The translations under genes and the position numbers were made by a program. This document shows positions 29,913-40,860 of a stretch of DNA of 64,000 nucleotides, piece after piece. The DNA comes from Isoptericola halotolerans (lineage in GTDB: Bacteria > Actinomycetota > Actinomycetes > Actinomycetales > Cellulomonadaceae), in NCBI RefSeq assembly GCF_013149785.1, contig NZ_JABEZU010000002.1:248001-312000 (forward strand). Reading direction: 5' to 3'. Numbering within the stretch: the stretch's first letter is position 1; each line of letters starts with the position of its first letter. The notes beneath the pieces were generated by a model. The model was not told the origin of the DNA. It was given only the letters and a program-made list of their open reading frames with translations, and made no database searches.

Positions 29913-30854
29913 ATGCTCTCGCGCGACGCCGTGGTCGCCGGGCTCCCGGAGCTGTCCGGAGCCGGCCGCTGCCTGGTCATGGGGGTCGTCAACATCACCC
30001 CGGACTCGTTCTCCGACGGCGGTGAGTGGTTCGAGCCGGACGCCGGTGTGCAGCACGGTCTCGACCTGCTCGCCGACGGCGCGGACGTCCTGGACGTCGG
30101 TGGCGAGTCGACCCGGCCCGGTTCCGCCCGGGTGGACGAGGACGAGGAGCTGCGCCGGGTGATCCCGGTCATCGGCCGGCTCGCCGCGGCCGGTGCCGTC
30201 GTGTCGGTGGACACCACCCGTGCCACGGTCGCCGAACGTGCGGTGGCCGCGGGGGCCAGGATCGTCAACGACGTCTCCGGCGGTCTGGCGGACCCGCGGA
30301 TGGCCGACGTCGTCGCGGAGACCGGCGTGGTCTACGTCGCGATGCACTGGCGCGGCCATGCCGACGTCATGGACGACCTCGAGCAGTACGACGACGTCGT
30401 CGCGGACGTGCGCGCAGAGCTCGGCGCGCGGACGGCGGCGCTGCACGACGCCGGCGTCGCGCCGGAGCAGATCATCCTCGACCCGGGTCTCGGCTTCGCC
30501 AAGGCCGGGTCGCTGAACTGGCCGCTGCTGGCCCATCTCGACGCGTTGCAGTCCCTCGGCCGGCCGGTGCTGGTCGGAGCCTCGCGCAAGCGGTTCCTCG
30601 GGCACCTGCTCGCCGCGGACGGGCCGGGCGCGGACCCGGCGCCCCCGCTGGCCCGCGACGACGCGACCGCGGCGATCTCCGCGCTGGCCGCACACGCCGG
30701 GGCGTGGTGCGTGCGCGTCCACGCCACGCGTGCGAGCGTGGACGCCGTGCGCGTGGCAGCCGCCTGGGACGCAGCGTGCACCACCCAGGAGAAGACCCCT
30801 CCGGGGCGTGACGACGTCACGTACCCGGTCCACGAGACGGAGGCCACCCCGTGA
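29913..30854 (+). CDS. folP: dihydropteroate synthase
   Basis: NITPDSFSDGG, GGESTRPG, DPGLGFAK, SRKRF, RVH. Confidence 0.95.
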   Translation: MLSRDAVVAGLPELSGAGRCLVMGVVNITPDSFSDGGEWFEPDAGVQHGLDLLADGADVLDVGGESTRPGSARVDEDEELRRVIPVIGRLAAAGAVVSVDTTRATVAERAVAAGARIVNDVSGGLADPRMADVVAETGVVYVAMHWRGHADVMDDLEQYDDVVADVRAELGARTAALHDAGVAPEQIILDPGLGFAKAGSLNWPLLAHLDALQSLGRPVLVGASRKRFLGHLLAADGPGADPAPPLARDDATAAISALAAHAGAWCVRVHATRASVDAVRVAAAWDAACTTQEKTPPGRDDVTYPVHETEATP

Positions 30855-33007
30855 CGTTTGCCGATGCCGTGCCCGGCCCGGACGGTCGGCCCCTCGACCA
30901 GATCCGCTTGTCCGGGGTGACCGCGACCGGTCATCACGGAGTTCTCGCCGAGGAGCGCGCGGAGGGTCAGACCTTCCGCGCCGACGTCGTGCTGCACCTG
31001 GACACGCAGGCCGCGGCAGGGTCGGACGACCTCGCCGCGACCGTGAGCTACGCGGACGTGGCGGAGGACGTGCACGACGTCCTGACCGGCGCTCCCGTCG
31101 ATCTCGTGGAGACCGTCGCGGAGCGCATCGCCGCGGTGGTGCTCGCGTACGCGCCGGTGCAGGCGGTGGACGTCAGGGTCCACAAGCCTCAGGCGCCGAT
31201 CGCCGTCCCCTTCGACGACGTGGAGATCGTCGTCCGCCGTGACCGCGAGCACCTGCCGGTGGTGCCTCCGCACCCGCAGCGCACGGTGGCCGCGGAGCGC
31301 GAGGACGGACCCGAGCCGGCACCGGCGGCCGAGCCGCAGCCCGTGCTCGTCCCGCCGACGCCGGTGCCCGCTGCGCCGGTCGAGGCCCCGGTGGCCCCGG
31401 TGGCCGACCTCTCGCCCTCCGTGCCGGGACCGGACGAGACGATGATCTCCGCCGTGCCGTCACAGTTCGCGGTGGCGACGGCGCCCGAGCCGGCCTCCTC
31501 CTCCGCCCAGGAGGTGGAGGCGGAGCCCGCGCAGGCCGAGGTCCCGCCCGCCCCGGAGCCGCCGGCGCCGGAGCCCGTGCCGCACGACCCCTTGGACGTC
31601 CCGCCGTCCGAGCCGGTGGAGGCCGTGCTCGCCCTCGGCTCCAACATCGGTGACCCGCAGGGCACGCTGCGCGCGGCCGTGACCGACATCGACCGGATCC
31701 CCGGCCTGCAGGTCATGGAGGTCTCCCCGCTGGCCCGCACCGCCGCCGTCGGCCCCGAGCAGCCGGACTTCCTCAACGCCGTGCTGCTCGTGCGGACCAC
31801 CCTGCCCCCGCGGGACCTGCTGGGTGCCTGCCAGGAGGTCGAGCTGCTGCACGGTCGCGTGCGCGACGAACGGTGGGGACCACGCACCCTGGACGTCGAC
31901 CTCGTGCAGTACGGCTCGCTCGTCGCGAGCGCCGACGACCTGGAGCTGCCGCACCCGAGGGCCCGTGAGCGCGCCTTCGTCCTGGTGCCGTGGGCGGAGG
32001 TCGATCCGGAGGCCGTCCTCGGTGGTCTCGGTGGGGGCCCGGTGGCACAGCTCGCCGCGACGGCGCCCGACCGTCCCGGCATCCGCTGGCTGGCGCTGGA
32101 CTGGCTGACCGAGGCAGCCACCACGGGAGCCGTCGCGGCCCAGCCGCAGGCCGCCGAGCAGCCGCACCACGACCACGACGCCTCGTCCGGCGCGCAGCCC
32201 GCGGTCGAGGAGGCGGCGCCGCACCTGCCGACCGGGTATCCGTCGGCCGGGCACGAGGCCCCGTCGTCGGAGGTCCCGGCGATGGACCGCGACCAGATGC
32301 CTCCCTCGATCCCCGTCCCCCGACAGGAGACACCGCCGGGCACCGCCCAGGGTTACGAGGCCGCCGCGCCGGAGGGGGGCGTCGGCACGGGCCACGAGGA
32401 CGCCATGGTCCACGAGGTCCCTGCGGGCCACGACGAGGCGCCAGGACAGACCGACGAGGCCGGCTGGACCTACGAGCCGGAGATCCTGCCGACCCGGCAG
32501 GAGCCGCCGGCCTTCGTGCCTGCCGCGCCCGTCCCGTCCCCGTCGGCGCAGCCCGACCACGCAGACCAGGCGGGCTACGGCACCCAGCAGCCGTACGAGC
32601 CGCAGCCCGGGTACGCACCGCAGCCCGCCTACGAGCCGCAGCCCGGGTACGAACCACGGGCCGTCTACGGCACCGAGCCGCAGCCGGCCTACGAGCCGCA
32701 GCCGGCCTATGAACCCCAGCCGGCCTACGAGCCGCAGCCGGCCTACGAGCCGCAGCCGGCCTACGAGCCGCAGCCGGCCTACGAGCCGCGGGCCGTCTAC
32801 GGCACGCAGCCGCAGCCCGTCTTCGCCGACCAGCAACCTGCTGCGCCGTACGTGCCGGTGCCCCCGGCCGGCCGTCCGCCGTCGTCGGCCGAGCAGCCCA
32901 CCATCCCGGCGCCCCAGCCGCAGGCCTACCCGGCCCAGGGCTTCGCCCCGCAGCAGCACGCCCCGGTCCCGCCCGCCCCGGACGCCGGTCCGCCCCGGCA
33001 TCCCTGA
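30851..33007 (+). CDS. folK: FolB-FolK fusion with long Pro/Glu-rich linker and repeat-containing C-terminal tail
   Basis: FolB motifs GHHGV..E, SDDL..TVSY, HKPQAPI; FolK motifs ALGSNIG, FLNAV, RWGPRTLDVDL, LPHPR..R.FVL.P. Confidence 0.9.
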   Translation: MTFADAVPGPDGRPLDQIRLSGVTATGHHGVLAEERAEGQTFRADVVLHLDTQAAAGSDDLAATVSYADVAEDVHDVLTGAPVDLVETVAERIAAVVLAYAPVQAVDVRVHKPQAPIAVPFDDVEIVVRRDREHLPVVPPHPQRTVAAEREDGPEPAPAAEPQPVLVPPTPVPAAPVEAPVAPVADLSPSVPGPDETMISAVPSQFAVATAPEPASSSAQEVEAEPAQAEVPPAPEPPAPEPVPHDPLDVPPSEPVEAVLALGSNIGDPQGTLRAAVTDIDRIPGLQVMEVSPLARTAAVGPEQPDFLNAVLLVRTTLPPRDLLGACQEVELLHGRVRDERWGPRTLDVDLVQYGSLVASADDLELPHPRARERAFVLVPWAEVDPEAVLGGLGGGPVAQLAATAPDRPGIRWLALDWLTEAATTGAVAAQPQAAEQPHHDHDASSGAQPAVEEAAPHLPTGYPSAGHEAPSSEVPAMDRDQMPPSIPVPRQETPPGTAQGYEAAAPEGGVGTGHEDAMVHEVPAGHDEAPGQTDEAGWTYEPEILPTRQEPPAFVPAAPVPSPSAQPDHADQAGYGTQQPYEPQPGYAPQPAYEPQPGYEPRAVYGTEPQPAYEPQPAYEPQPAYEPQPAYEPQPAYEPQPAYEPRAVYGTQPQPVFADQQPAAPYVPVPPAGRPPSSAEQPTIPAPQPQAYPAQGFAPQQHAPVPPAPDAGPPRHP
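32675..32788 (+). repeat. in-frame 18-bp tandem repeat (GAGCCGCAGCCGGCCTAC, ~6 copies) encoding EPQPAY
   Basis: Directly visible; degenerate copies extend from about 32590 to 32818. Confidence 0.92.
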
Positions 33008-33008
33008 C

Positions 33009-33482
33009 GTGCACCGCACCCGCGTCCGCACGCTGGTGGCCCTCGCGGCGGCGGTCGCCGTCGTCGGGGCGCTGCTGCTGCGGCTGCTGGAGTCGCGGCG
33101 TGTCTACCTGCCCGCCGCGGCATGGGTGGAGATCTTCGCGGTCGTCCTGCTGGCCGGTCTGGTCGTCGGCGCCGGCTGGTCCGTGCGCGCGTACCTGCGC
33201 GGCGACAAGCCCGACCTGGACCCGCTGCGCGCCGCGCGGACGTTCGCGATGGCCAAGGCGGCGGCGTACACCGGTGCGCTGCTGGCCGGCCGGTACGTGG
33301 CGCACGTGCTCGTGATGCTGCCGGAGCTCGAGGTGGAGGCGCGGCGCGACCAGGCGGTCGTGTCCGGCGTCGCCGCGCTCGCTGCCGTGGGGCTGAGCGC
33401 CGCCGGGGTGCTCGTCGAGAAGTTCTGCCAGATCCCCCCGCCCGAGGACGACGACGGCGAGGCGGAGCCGCTCCCGTCGTGA
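33009..33482 (+). CDS. DUF3180-like membrane protein
   Basis: Four TM spans, AKAAAYTGA, E.FC.IPP; follows folK. Confidence 0.8.
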   Translation: MHRTRVRTLVALAAAVAVVGALLLRLLESRRVYLPAAAWVEIFAVVLLAGLVVGAGWSVRAYLRGDKPDLDPLRAARTFAMAKAAAYTGALLAGRYVAHVLVMLPELEVEARRDQAVVSGVAALAAVGLSAAGVLVEKFCQIPPPEDDDGEAEPLPS

Positions 33483-33507
33483 CGGTCGCAGATGGGAGGA
33501 TGGCGCC

Positions 33508-34035
33508 ATGACTTCGTTCGACCTCCCCGTGGATCCCGATCCGGTCGAAGGCATCACCGGCCCGTTCGACCCGCCGGGCATCGCCTGGGACCGCGTGTCG
33601 CCGCGCCTCACCACGGCGCGCCTCGTGGTCCTCGGCCTGACGCTGGGCCTGCCGATCCTGGCCTGCGCCGCGGTGGCCGTGCTCGTGACGCCGTGGGTCT
33701 GGCTCGCCGCGGGCTTCCTGGCGGCGATCCTGCTGTGGGCCGTGCTGCTGGTGCCGCGGCAGGTGCGGGCGATCGGGTACGCCGAGCGCGACGACGACCT
33801 GCTGATCCGCAAGGGCATCCTCTTCCGGCAGCTCGTCGTCGTCCCCTACGGGCGCATGCAGTTCGTCGACGTCCAGGCAGGTCCGCTCGACCGCAAGCTG
33901 GGGATCGCCAAGGTGCAGCTGCACACGGCGGCAGCCAGCACCGACGCGGTCATCCCGGGCCTGCCCCCGGTCGAGGCGGAGCGGCTGCGCGACCGCCTCA
34001 CCGCGCGGGGCGAGGCGAAGCTGGCCGGCCTGTGA
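33508..34035 (+). CDS. bacterial PH-domain membrane protein (YdbS-like)
   Basis: VPYGRMQFVDVQAGPLDRKLG..LHTA..IPGL. Confidence 0.85.
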   Translation: MTSFDLPVDPDPVEGITGPFDPPGIAWDRVSPRLTTARLVVLGLTLGLPILACAAVAVLVTPWVWLAAGFLAAILLWAVLLVPRQVRAIGYAERDDDLLIRKGILFRQLVVVPYGRMQFVDVQAGPLDRKLGIAKVQLHTAAASTDAVIPGLPPVEAERLRDRLTARGEAKLAGL

Positions 34036-35744
34036 GCGACAGCGGTCACGCTCCCGTCCCGGAGCAGCAGCGCCCGACGCCCTCCGGGTCCGCCGCGGTC
34101 CCCGACGAGGGCCTGCAGTGGCGCCGTGTCCACCCGGTCACGCCGTTCGTGCGGGGATGGGCGATCATCGTCGCCCTGCTCTTCGTGGTCACGCAGCAGA
34201 GCTTCGAGGGGATCCCGTACGGCGAGCTCGTCGACGACGTCGCCCAGGTCTGGTGGGTGTTCGTCCTCGGCATCCTCGGCGTGCTGGCCGTGGTCTTCGG
34301 GTTCGCCGCCCTGTCCTGGCGGATGACCTCCTTCGCCGTCGACGACGACGCCGCCCACCTGCGCAAGGGCATCCTGTTCCGGCAGCAGCGGCACGCGAGG
34401 CTCGACCGCCTGCAGGCGGTGGACGTGCGCCAGCCGCTGCTGGCGCGGCTCTTCGGCCTGGCCGAGCTCACGCTCGAGGTCGCCGGCGGGTCGGACTCGG
34501 CGGTCGCGATCGGGTTCCTTCGCCTGGACGACGCCACGGCCCTGCGCGCCGACCTGCTCGCCCGGGCGGCCGGGGTGAAGGCGCGCAGGTCAGGACCGGC
34601 ACCCGCCGTGCCGGACCCGGCGGACGCGGCCGACACCTCGTCGGCCGAACCGGGTGCCGGACGGGCAGCGGCGGCCGAGCCAGGCTCCGGTGACGGCCGG
34701 CCGGACGGGCAGGTGCCCCTGGTGGCTGTCGAGGCCCCGGAGAACCAGGTGTACGAGGTGCCGCCTGCCCGCCTGCTGGGTTCCCTCGTGCGGCTGCCTG
34801 CGGTCTGGGTCTCCCTGATCCTGTTCGTCGGGCTGGGCGTCGTCGTGGCCCTGACGCGCAACGTCGGTCTGCTGTTCTCGCTGCTGCCCGCCGTCCTCGG
34901 CGTGGGGACCTTCCTGTTCAACCGGTTCGCCGGGGAGTTCGGGTTCCGGGCCGCGGTGTCGCCCGACGGCATCCGGCTGCGGCACGGTCTGCTCGAGACC
35001 CGCTCCCAGACGATCCCGCCGGGCCGGGTGCAGGCCATCGAGCTGAGCCAGGGCCTCTGGTGGCGCGGCAAGGACTGGTGGCGGATCAAGGTGAACGTGG
35101 CGGGCTACGGCGTCGAGGGCAGCGAGGGCACGCAGAGCGTGCTGCTGCCCGTGGGCCCGCGGCAGGAGGCACTCACCGCGATGTGGCTCGTGCTGCCCGA
35201 CCTCGGCACGCCGGACCCCGCAGCGCTCGTCGACGAAGGGCTGACGGGCGACGCCCGCACCGACCGCAGCTTCACGACGAGCCCGCGCCGGGCGCTGATC
35301 CTGGACCCGCTGACCTGGCGCCGCAACGGCTTCGCCGTCACCGACCGGGCTCTGCTGCTGCGTGGGGGCCGGCTGACCCGCCGTCTCACCGTCGTGCCGC
35401 ACGAGCGCACCCAGTCGCTGGGCCTCCAGCAGGGCCCGTGGCAGCGACGTCGTGGGGTGGCCTCGTTCACCGTGCACTCCACCCCGGGGCCCATCAGTCC
35501 CGCCGTGCACCACCTCGACGCGCCCGACGCGGCGCGGCTCATCGACGCCCAGGCGGTGCGGGCCCGCACCGCCCGTGCGCAGCAGACACCGGAGCGCTGG
35601 ATGGAGACCGTCGCCGCGGTCGCGGCGGCCGCCGAGCCGACCGACCAGTCGGACCGCCAGATGACCGACCAGCCGACCGGCGAGCCGGTGGCCGAGCGGT
35701 CGGACGCACCCGCCGCCCGCCCGACGAGCGAGGGCGACGCGTGA
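34032..35744 (+). CDS. bacterial PH-domain membrane protein (YdbT-like)
   Basis: WRRVHPVT, RLQAVDVRQPLLARLFG, three PH-like repeats; GTGA overlap. Confidence 0.85.
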   Translation: MSDSGHAPVPEQQRPTPSGSAAVPDEGLQWRRVHPVTPFVRGWAIIVALLFVVTQQSFEGIPYGELVDDVAQVWWVFVLGILGVLAVVFGFAALSWRMTSFAVDDDAAHLRKGILFRQQRHARLDRLQAVDVRQPLLARLFGLAELTLEVAGGSDSAVAIGFLRLDDATALRADLLARAAGVKARRSGPAPAVPDPADAADTSSAEPGAGRAAAAEPGSGDGRPDGQVPLVAVEAPENQVYEVPPARLLGSLVRLPAVWVSLILFVGLGVVVALTRNVGLLFSLLPAVLGVGTFLFNRFAGEFGFRAAVSPDGIRLRHGLLETRSQTIPPGRVQAIELSQGLWWRGKDWWRIKVNVAGYGVEGSEGTQSVLLPVGPRQEALTAMWLVLPDLGTPDPAALVDEGLTGDARTDRSFTTSPRRALILDPLTWRRNGFAVTDRALLLRGGRLTRRLTVVPHERTQSLGLQQGPWQRRRGVASFTVHSTPGPISPAVHHLDAPDAARLIDAQAVRARTARAQQTPERWMETVAAVAAAAEPTDQSDRQMTDQPTGEPVAERSDAPAARPTSEGDA

Positions 35745-36709
35745 GCCTGCCGCTGTCGGACGGCCCGGTGGGAGGTGCGCGACCGGGCCGCCTCGGCGTC
35801 GGTGTCCTCGGGGCAGGGCGCGTCGGCGCGGTCCTCGGCAGCGCGCTGCGCTCGGCGGGGCACGCGGTCGTGGGGGCGAGCGGCGTCTCGGAGGACTCGC
35901 GCGAACGGATCGCGACGCTCCTGCCGGGGGTGGAGAACCTCGAGATCCCCGACGTCGTCGAGCGCGCCGAGCTGGTGCTGCTCGCGGTCCCGGACGACGC
36001 GCTGGCCGACCTGGTCGCCGGGCTCGCGGAGGTCGGGGCCTGGCAGGGCGGGCAGATCGTGGCGCACACCTCCGGCCGCTACGGCACCGACGTGCTCGCT
36101 CCCGCGCAGAGCGCCGGAGCGATCCCGTTGGCGATCCACCCGGCGATGACCTTCACGGGGACCTCGCTCGATCTCGCGCGCCTGATCGGCTGCACGTTCG
36201 CGGTCACGGCGCCGGGGCCCGTGCTCCCCATCGGGCAGGCGCTGGTCGTGGAGATCGGGGGTGAGCCCGTGGTCGTCGACGAGAGCGCCCGCGGCCTGTA
36301 TCACGCGGCCCTCGCCCACGGCGCGAACCACCTGGTCGTGCTCGTCGCGCAGGCCGCGCAGGCCCTGGAGGCCGCCGGGATCGACCGGCCGGGCAGGCTG
36401 CTCGCCCCGCTGCTCGGCGCGGCGCTCGACGGCGCGACCCGGTCCGCGGACGTCCGTGACGGCGTCGGGCCCGGTGCGATCGCGGCCCTCACCGGGCCGG
36501 TGTCGCGCGGTGACGTGGGGACCGTGGCCACCCACCTCGAGGTCCTCGGCGACCTCGCCGCCCGCACCGGGGCCACCGACGTCCCGGACAGCTACATGCA
36601 GCTCGCGAGGGGCGCCACCCGGCGTGCGCTCGCGAGCCACCGTATCGACGAGGACGCTGCGCGCACGCTGCTCGACGTCCTCGGTGCACCACCCCAGGAG
36701 AAGGAATGA
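35741..36709 (+). CDS. Rossmann-like/DUF2520 protein (PanG-type ketopantoate reductase candidate)
   Basis: GAGRVG, AVPDD, HTSG, HPAMTF, YHAAL..GANH, LTGPVSRGD; upstream of panC. Confidence 0.85.
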   Translation: MSLPLSDGPVGGARPGRLGVGVLGAGRVGAVLGSALRSAGHAVVGASGVSEDSRERIATLLPGVENLEIPDVVERAELVLLAVPDDALADLVAGLAEVGAWQGGQIVAHTSGRYGTDVLAPAQSAGAIPLAIHPAMTFTGTSLDLARLIGCTFAVTAPGPVLPIGQALVVEIGGEPVVVDESARGLYHAALAHGANHLVVLVAQAAQALEAAGIDRPGRLLAPLLGAALDGATRSADVRDGVGPGAIAALTGPVSRGDVGTVATHLEVLGDLAARTGATDVPDSYMQLARGATRRALASHRIDEDAARTLLDVLGAPPQEKE

Positions 36710-37683
36710 CGACCCCCGCAGAACGAGAGACGGCGTCGCAGCACGGCCCCGGGCCGTCGGGGCCCACCATCGTGAGGACCCGCGCCGACCTGCGCGACGC
36801 CATGGCGATGTGGGCACTCACCGCACCGGCCGCCACCGACCGCCGCGCCGTCGTCATGACGATGGGGGCGCTGCACGAGGGCCACCTCGACCTGGTGCGC
36901 CGCGCCCGGGCGGAGGCCGGGCCCGGCGGTCAGGTCCTCGTGACCGTCTTCGTCAACCCGCTGCAGTTCGGCGCCGGCGAGGACCTCGACGCCTATCCCC
37001 GGGACCTGGACCGGGACGTCTCGCTGTTGGCCGAGACGGGCGCCGACGTCGTCTACGCACCCACGCCGGACGTCGTCTACCCCGACGGCGACCCGGTCGT
37101 CCGTGTCAGCGCAGGTCAGATCGGTGAGGTGCTGGAGGGGGCCTTCCGTCCCGGGCACCTGGACGGCGTGCTCACCGTGGTCCTCAAGCTGCTGCACCAG
37201 ACGCGCCCCGACGTCGCGCTCTTCGGCCAGAAGGACGCCCAGCAGCTCCTCGCGGTGCGGCGCATGGTGCGTGACCTCGACCTCGACGTCGAGGTCGTCG
37301 GCGTGCCGACCCGGCGCGACGAGGACGGCCTCGCGCTGTCCTCGCGCAACGCCTACCTGTCCGCCGAGGAGCGAGACTCCGCGCTCGCGCTGTCCCGCGC
37401 GCTGCGCGCCGGGGAGCAGCAGGCGACCGACGGGGCGGGTGCCGCGGCCGTGCGGGCGACCACCTCGGGAATCCTCAACGAGGCCACCGACGTTGTGGTG
37501 GACTACCTCGCGCTCGTCGACCCGGATACCGTGGAGGAGGTTCCCCCCGAGCACACCGGACCCGCGCTCCTGCTCGTCGCGGCGCGCGTGGGGACCACCC
37601 GACTGATCGACAACCAGGCCGTGGACGTCGTCGCGCCTTCCGACGGCAACGAACCTCCAGGCCAGGAGGCATCCCGTGACTGA
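36706..37683 (+). CDS. panC: pantoate--beta-alanine ligase
   Basis: [36 protein letters not shown]. Confidence 0.96.
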   Translation: MTTPAERETASQHGPGPSGPTIVRTRADLRDAMAMWALTAPAATDRRAVVMTMGALHEGHLDLVRRARAEAGPGGQVLVTVFVNPLQFGAGEDLDAYPRDLDRDVSLLAETGADVVYAPTPDVVYPDGDPVVRVSAGQIGEVLEGAFRPGHLDGVLTVVLKLLHQTRPDVALFGQKDAQQLLAVRRMVRDLDLDVEVVGVPTRRDEDGLALSSRNAYLSAEERDSALALSRALRAGEQQATDGAGAAAVRATTSGILNEATDVVVDYLALVDPDTVEEVPPEHTGPALLLVAARVGTTRLIDNQAVDVVAPSDGNEPPGQEASRD

Positions 37684-38182
37684 CCAGACCGCACCGTCCG
37701 CCGGCACGCACGGCGCCCCCGGGCACAGCCCGTCCGCGTCCTCGCGCCGCCCGGCGTCCCTGCAGCGCCCGATGATGATCGGCAAGATCCATCGCGCCAC
37801 CGTGACCCAGGCGGACCTGCACTATGTGGGATCGATCACGGTCGACACGGACCTGCTCGAGGCCGCGGACCTGATCCCCGGCCAGCAGGTGGACGTCGTG
37901 GACGTCGACAACGGCGCCCGGCTGACCACCTACGTCATCCCCGGGGAGGCGGGCTCCGGGCAGATCAGCATCAACGGCGCCGCCGCGCACCTGGTGCACC
38001 CGGGTGACACCGTCATCATCATCGCCTACGGCATGCTCTCGGACGCCGACGCCCGCAGCTTCCTGCCGCACGTGGTGTTCGTCGACGGCGAGAACCGGAT
38101 CGTGCAGATCGACGACGACCCGGGGCAGGTCCCGGACGGCTTCGGGCTGGTCAGCTCCGGCATCCCCCTCGCCGCACGGTGA
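37676..38182 (+). CDS. panD: aspartate 1-decarboxylase
   Basis: [14 protein letters not shown] cleavage site, NGAAAH. Confidence 0.95.
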   Translation: MTDQTAPSAGTHGAPGHSPSASSRRPASLQRPMMIGKIHRATVTQADLHYVGSITVDTDLLEAADLIPGQQVDVVDVDNGARLTTYVIPGEAGSGQISINGAAAHLVHPGDTVIIIAYGMLSDADARSFLPHVVFVDGENRIVQIDDDPGQVPDGFGLVSSGIPLAAR

Positions 38183-39855
38183 GGGAGGCCCGGCTCGCTC
38201 GCACCCTCGCCGCACCCGCTGCGGGCTGGACGGCGCACGCGGACGCCGTCGTCGTCGGCTCCGGCATCGCCGGGCTGACCGCAGCGCTCGAGCTGCGCAC
38301 CCGGGTGCCGCACGTGCTGCTGGTGACGAAGGCCGCCCTGCTCTCCGGGTCGACCGTGTGGGCGCAGGGCGGGATCGCGGCGGCGCTGCACCCGGACGAC
38401 ACCCCGGCCGCGCACCAGCACGACACGCTCGTCGCCGGCGGGGGCCTGAGCGACCCGGCCGCCGTCGAGGTGCTCGTGACCGAGGGTCCCGACCGGGTGC
38501 GCGAGCTGGTCGCCCGCGGTGCGACGTTCGACCGGGCGGACGACGGCGGCATCGCGCTCACGCGGGAGGGCGGTCACCGGGCCGACCGCATCGCGCACGC
38601 CGGCGGTGACGCCACGGGGGCTGAGATATCGCGCGCGCTGGTCGCCCAGATCGAGGCGGTCCGGGACGATCCCGGCATCGAGGTGATCGAGAACGCGCTG
38701 GTCCTCGACGTCCTCACCGGGGCGCCGTCGTCGGAGGGTCCGGGGCCGGTCGCCGGCGTGACGCTGCACGTCCGCGGCGAGGGGTCGCGCGACGGTGTCG
38801 GCGCGGTGCTGTCGCCGACGGTCGTGCTGGCGACCGGGGGAGTGGGGCAGGTCTTCCGCTCCTCGACCAACCCGCCGGGGGCCACGGCGGACGGCATCGC
38901 CGCTGCGTTGCGGGCCGGTGCCGAGCTCGCCGACCTCGAGTTCGTGCAGTTCCATCCCACGGTGCTGTGGCTCGGGGCGGGAGCGCGGGGCCAGCTGCCG
39001 CTCATCAGCGAGGCGGTGCGTGGCGAGGGGGCGTTGCTGCTGGACGTCGCCGGGTACCGGTTCATGCCGGACGCGCACCCCATGGCGGAGCTCGCCCCGC
39101 GGGACGTCGTGGCGCACGCGATCGTGCGACAGATGGCGGCCACGACGGCGGACCACGTGCTGCTCGACGCCCGCGCGCTCGGCGCCGACTTCCTGCGGCG
39201 CCGCTTCCCCGGCATCACGGCGCGGCTCCTCGGGATGGGGATCGACTGGACCGAGGAGCCGGTACCGGTGGCTCCGGCTCAGCATTACCACTCGGGCGGT
39301 GTCGTCACGGACCTGCACGGCCGCACATCGGTGCCGGGGCTCTACGCGGTCGGCGAGGTGGCCCGCACCGGCGTGCACGGCGCCAACCGGCTGGCCTCCA
39401 ACTCGCTGCTCGAAGGGCTGGTGTTCGCGCACCGCGCGGCTGCCGACGTCGTCCGGCGCTTCGAGGCGGGCGAGCTGGCAAGGGCTCCGGAGGTCGTCGA
39501 CCGGCCCGGGGAGTCGGCGCTGGTCGCGGCGGTCGCCCGGTCGAGGGTGCAGCGAGCGGCCTCGGAGGGCGCGGGGCCGGTCCGGTCGGCGGAGTCGTCG
39601 GCCCGCGCGGACGCCGCGCTGGCCGGGGTGACGACGGCGGCGCACCGGGAGGCGGACGTCGTCGCGGCGCCGCAGGCGGCCGAGTGGGAGACCACGAACG
39701 TCCACCAGGTCGCGCGGGCGCTGGTGCGCGCCGCCTGGGTGCGGACGGAGAGCCGTGGCGGGCACTTCCGGACGGACTTCCCGGACCGTGACCCCGCGTG
39801 GGAGCGGAGGGTCACGGCGTCGCTGGCCGCCGACGGCACCCTCGTCGTGCGGTAG
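38179..39855 (+). CDS. nadB: L-aspartate oxidase
   Basis: [44 protein letters not shown]. Confidence 0.94.
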   Translation: MREARLARTLAAPAAGWTAHADAVVVGSGIAGLTAALELRTRVPHVLLVTKAALLSGSTVWAQGGIAAALHPDDTPAAHQHDTLVAGGGLSDPAAVEVLVTEGPDRVRELVARGATFDRADDGGIALTREGGHRADRIAHAGGDATGAEISRALVAQIEAVRDDPGIEVIENALVLDVLTGAPSSEGPGPVAGVTLHVRGEGSRDGVGAVLSPTVVLATGGVGQVFRSSTNPPGATADGIAAALRAGAELADLEFVQFHPTVLWLGAGARGQLPLISEAVRGEGALLLDVAGYRFMPDAHPMAELAPRDVVAHAIVRQMAATTADHVLLDARALGADFLRRRFPGITARLLGMGIDWTEEPVPVAPAQHYHSGGVVTDLHGRTSVPGLYAVGEVARTGVHGANRLASNSLLEGLVFAHRAAADVVRRFEAGELARAPEVVDRPGESALVAAVARSRVQRAASEGAGPVRSAESSARADAALAGVTTAAHREADVVAAPQAAEWETTNVHQVARALVRAAWVRTESRGGHFRTDFPDRDPAWERRVTASLAADGTLVVR

Positions 39856-39877
39856 CGCTCGGCCCGGGGGGAGCGCT
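39854..39877. terminator. hairpin between convergent nadB and nadC
   Basis: AGCGCTC-N10-GAGCGCT touching both stop codons. Confidence 0.45.
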
Positions 39878-40860
39878 CAGCCCTGCAGGTCGAGGGCCAG
39901 GTCGAGGATCGGCGCCGAGTGCGTCAGCGCACCGACCGACAGGTAGTCCACCCCGGTCGACGCCACCTCTCGCGCCCGGTCGATCGTGAGGTTGCCGGTG
40001 GCCTCGAGCTCGACGTGCTCGGCCACGCCGTCGCGCCCCTGGCGTTCCCGGACGGCGGTCACGGTGGCGGCGAGCACCGGGGTGGTCATGTTGTCCAGGA
40101 GCAGGAAGTCGGCCCCGGCGTCGAGGGCCTCCATGGCCTGGGCGGTGGTGTCCGCCTCGACCTGGACCAGGACGTCGGGGAACGTGGTCCGGACCGCGCG
40201 GATCGCGGCGGCCACGCCACCGGCGGCGACGACGTGGTTGTCCTTGACCATCGCGACGTCGTAGAGGCCCATCCGCTTGTTCGTGCCGCCCCCGGCGCGG
40301 ACGGCGTACTTGTCGAGGGCCCGGAGCCCTGGCGTGGTCTTGCGGGTGTCGAGGACCTGGGCTCCCGTGCCGGCGAGCTCGCGGCTGAACGCCGCCGCGG
40401 CGGTGGCCACCCCGGAGGCGCGGGAGGCGAGGTTGAGCAGGGTGCGCTCGGCGACGAGCAGCACCTGGGTGCGGCCGGTGAGCGTGGCGAGGACCTGCCC
40501 GGGGACGACGGCGTCGCCGTCCTGGGCCCGGAAGGTCACCTCGGGGGTCGGCAGGGCGAGCCGGGCGGCGGTCTGTCGCAACGTCTCGACGACCACGACC
40601 AGGCCGGCGACGGTCCCTTCCTCGCGGGCGACCAGCTCAGCGGTACCGGTGGCCGACGGCGGGACGGTCGCCTGGGTGGTCACGTCCCGGCCCGGTGCGG
40701 GGCCGAGGTCCTCCGCGAGCGCGATCTCGACGGTCCGGGTGATCCAGGCAGGGTCGAGTCCCGGTTCGACGGCGGACGGGGCCGCGACGGACGAGGACTC
40801 GCCGGCGGAGGGCTCGGTGGCCGGGGACTCGTGGGGCCGAGGGCTCTGGGGCGTGCTCAC
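39877..40860 (-). CDS. nadC: nicotinate-nucleotide diphosphorylase (carboxylating)
   Basis: ERTLLN, DTRKTTPG, KDNH, LLDN, SVGALTHS; TACCGT-N6-GTG start. Confidence 0.94.
   Translation of the reverse strand: MSTPQSPRPHESPATEPSAGESSSVAAPSAVEPGLDPAWITRTVEIALAEDLGPAPGRDVTTQATVPPSATGTAELVAREEGTVAGLVVVVETLRQTAARLALPTPEVTFRAQDGDAVVPGQVLATLTGRTQVLLVAERTLLNLASRASGVATAAAAFSRELAGTGAQVLDTRKTTPGLRALDKYAVRAGGGTNKRMGLYDVAMVKDNHVVAAGGVAAAIRAVRTTFPDVLVQVEADTTAQAMEALDAGADFLLLDNMTTPVLAATVTAVRERQGRDGVAEHVELEATGNLTIDRAREVASTGVDYLSVGALTHSAPILDLALDLQG

Noticed and set aside
32590..32818. Tandem repeats as a possible CRISPR array
   Set aside because: 18-bp units without spacers, in frame within folK; no cas genes
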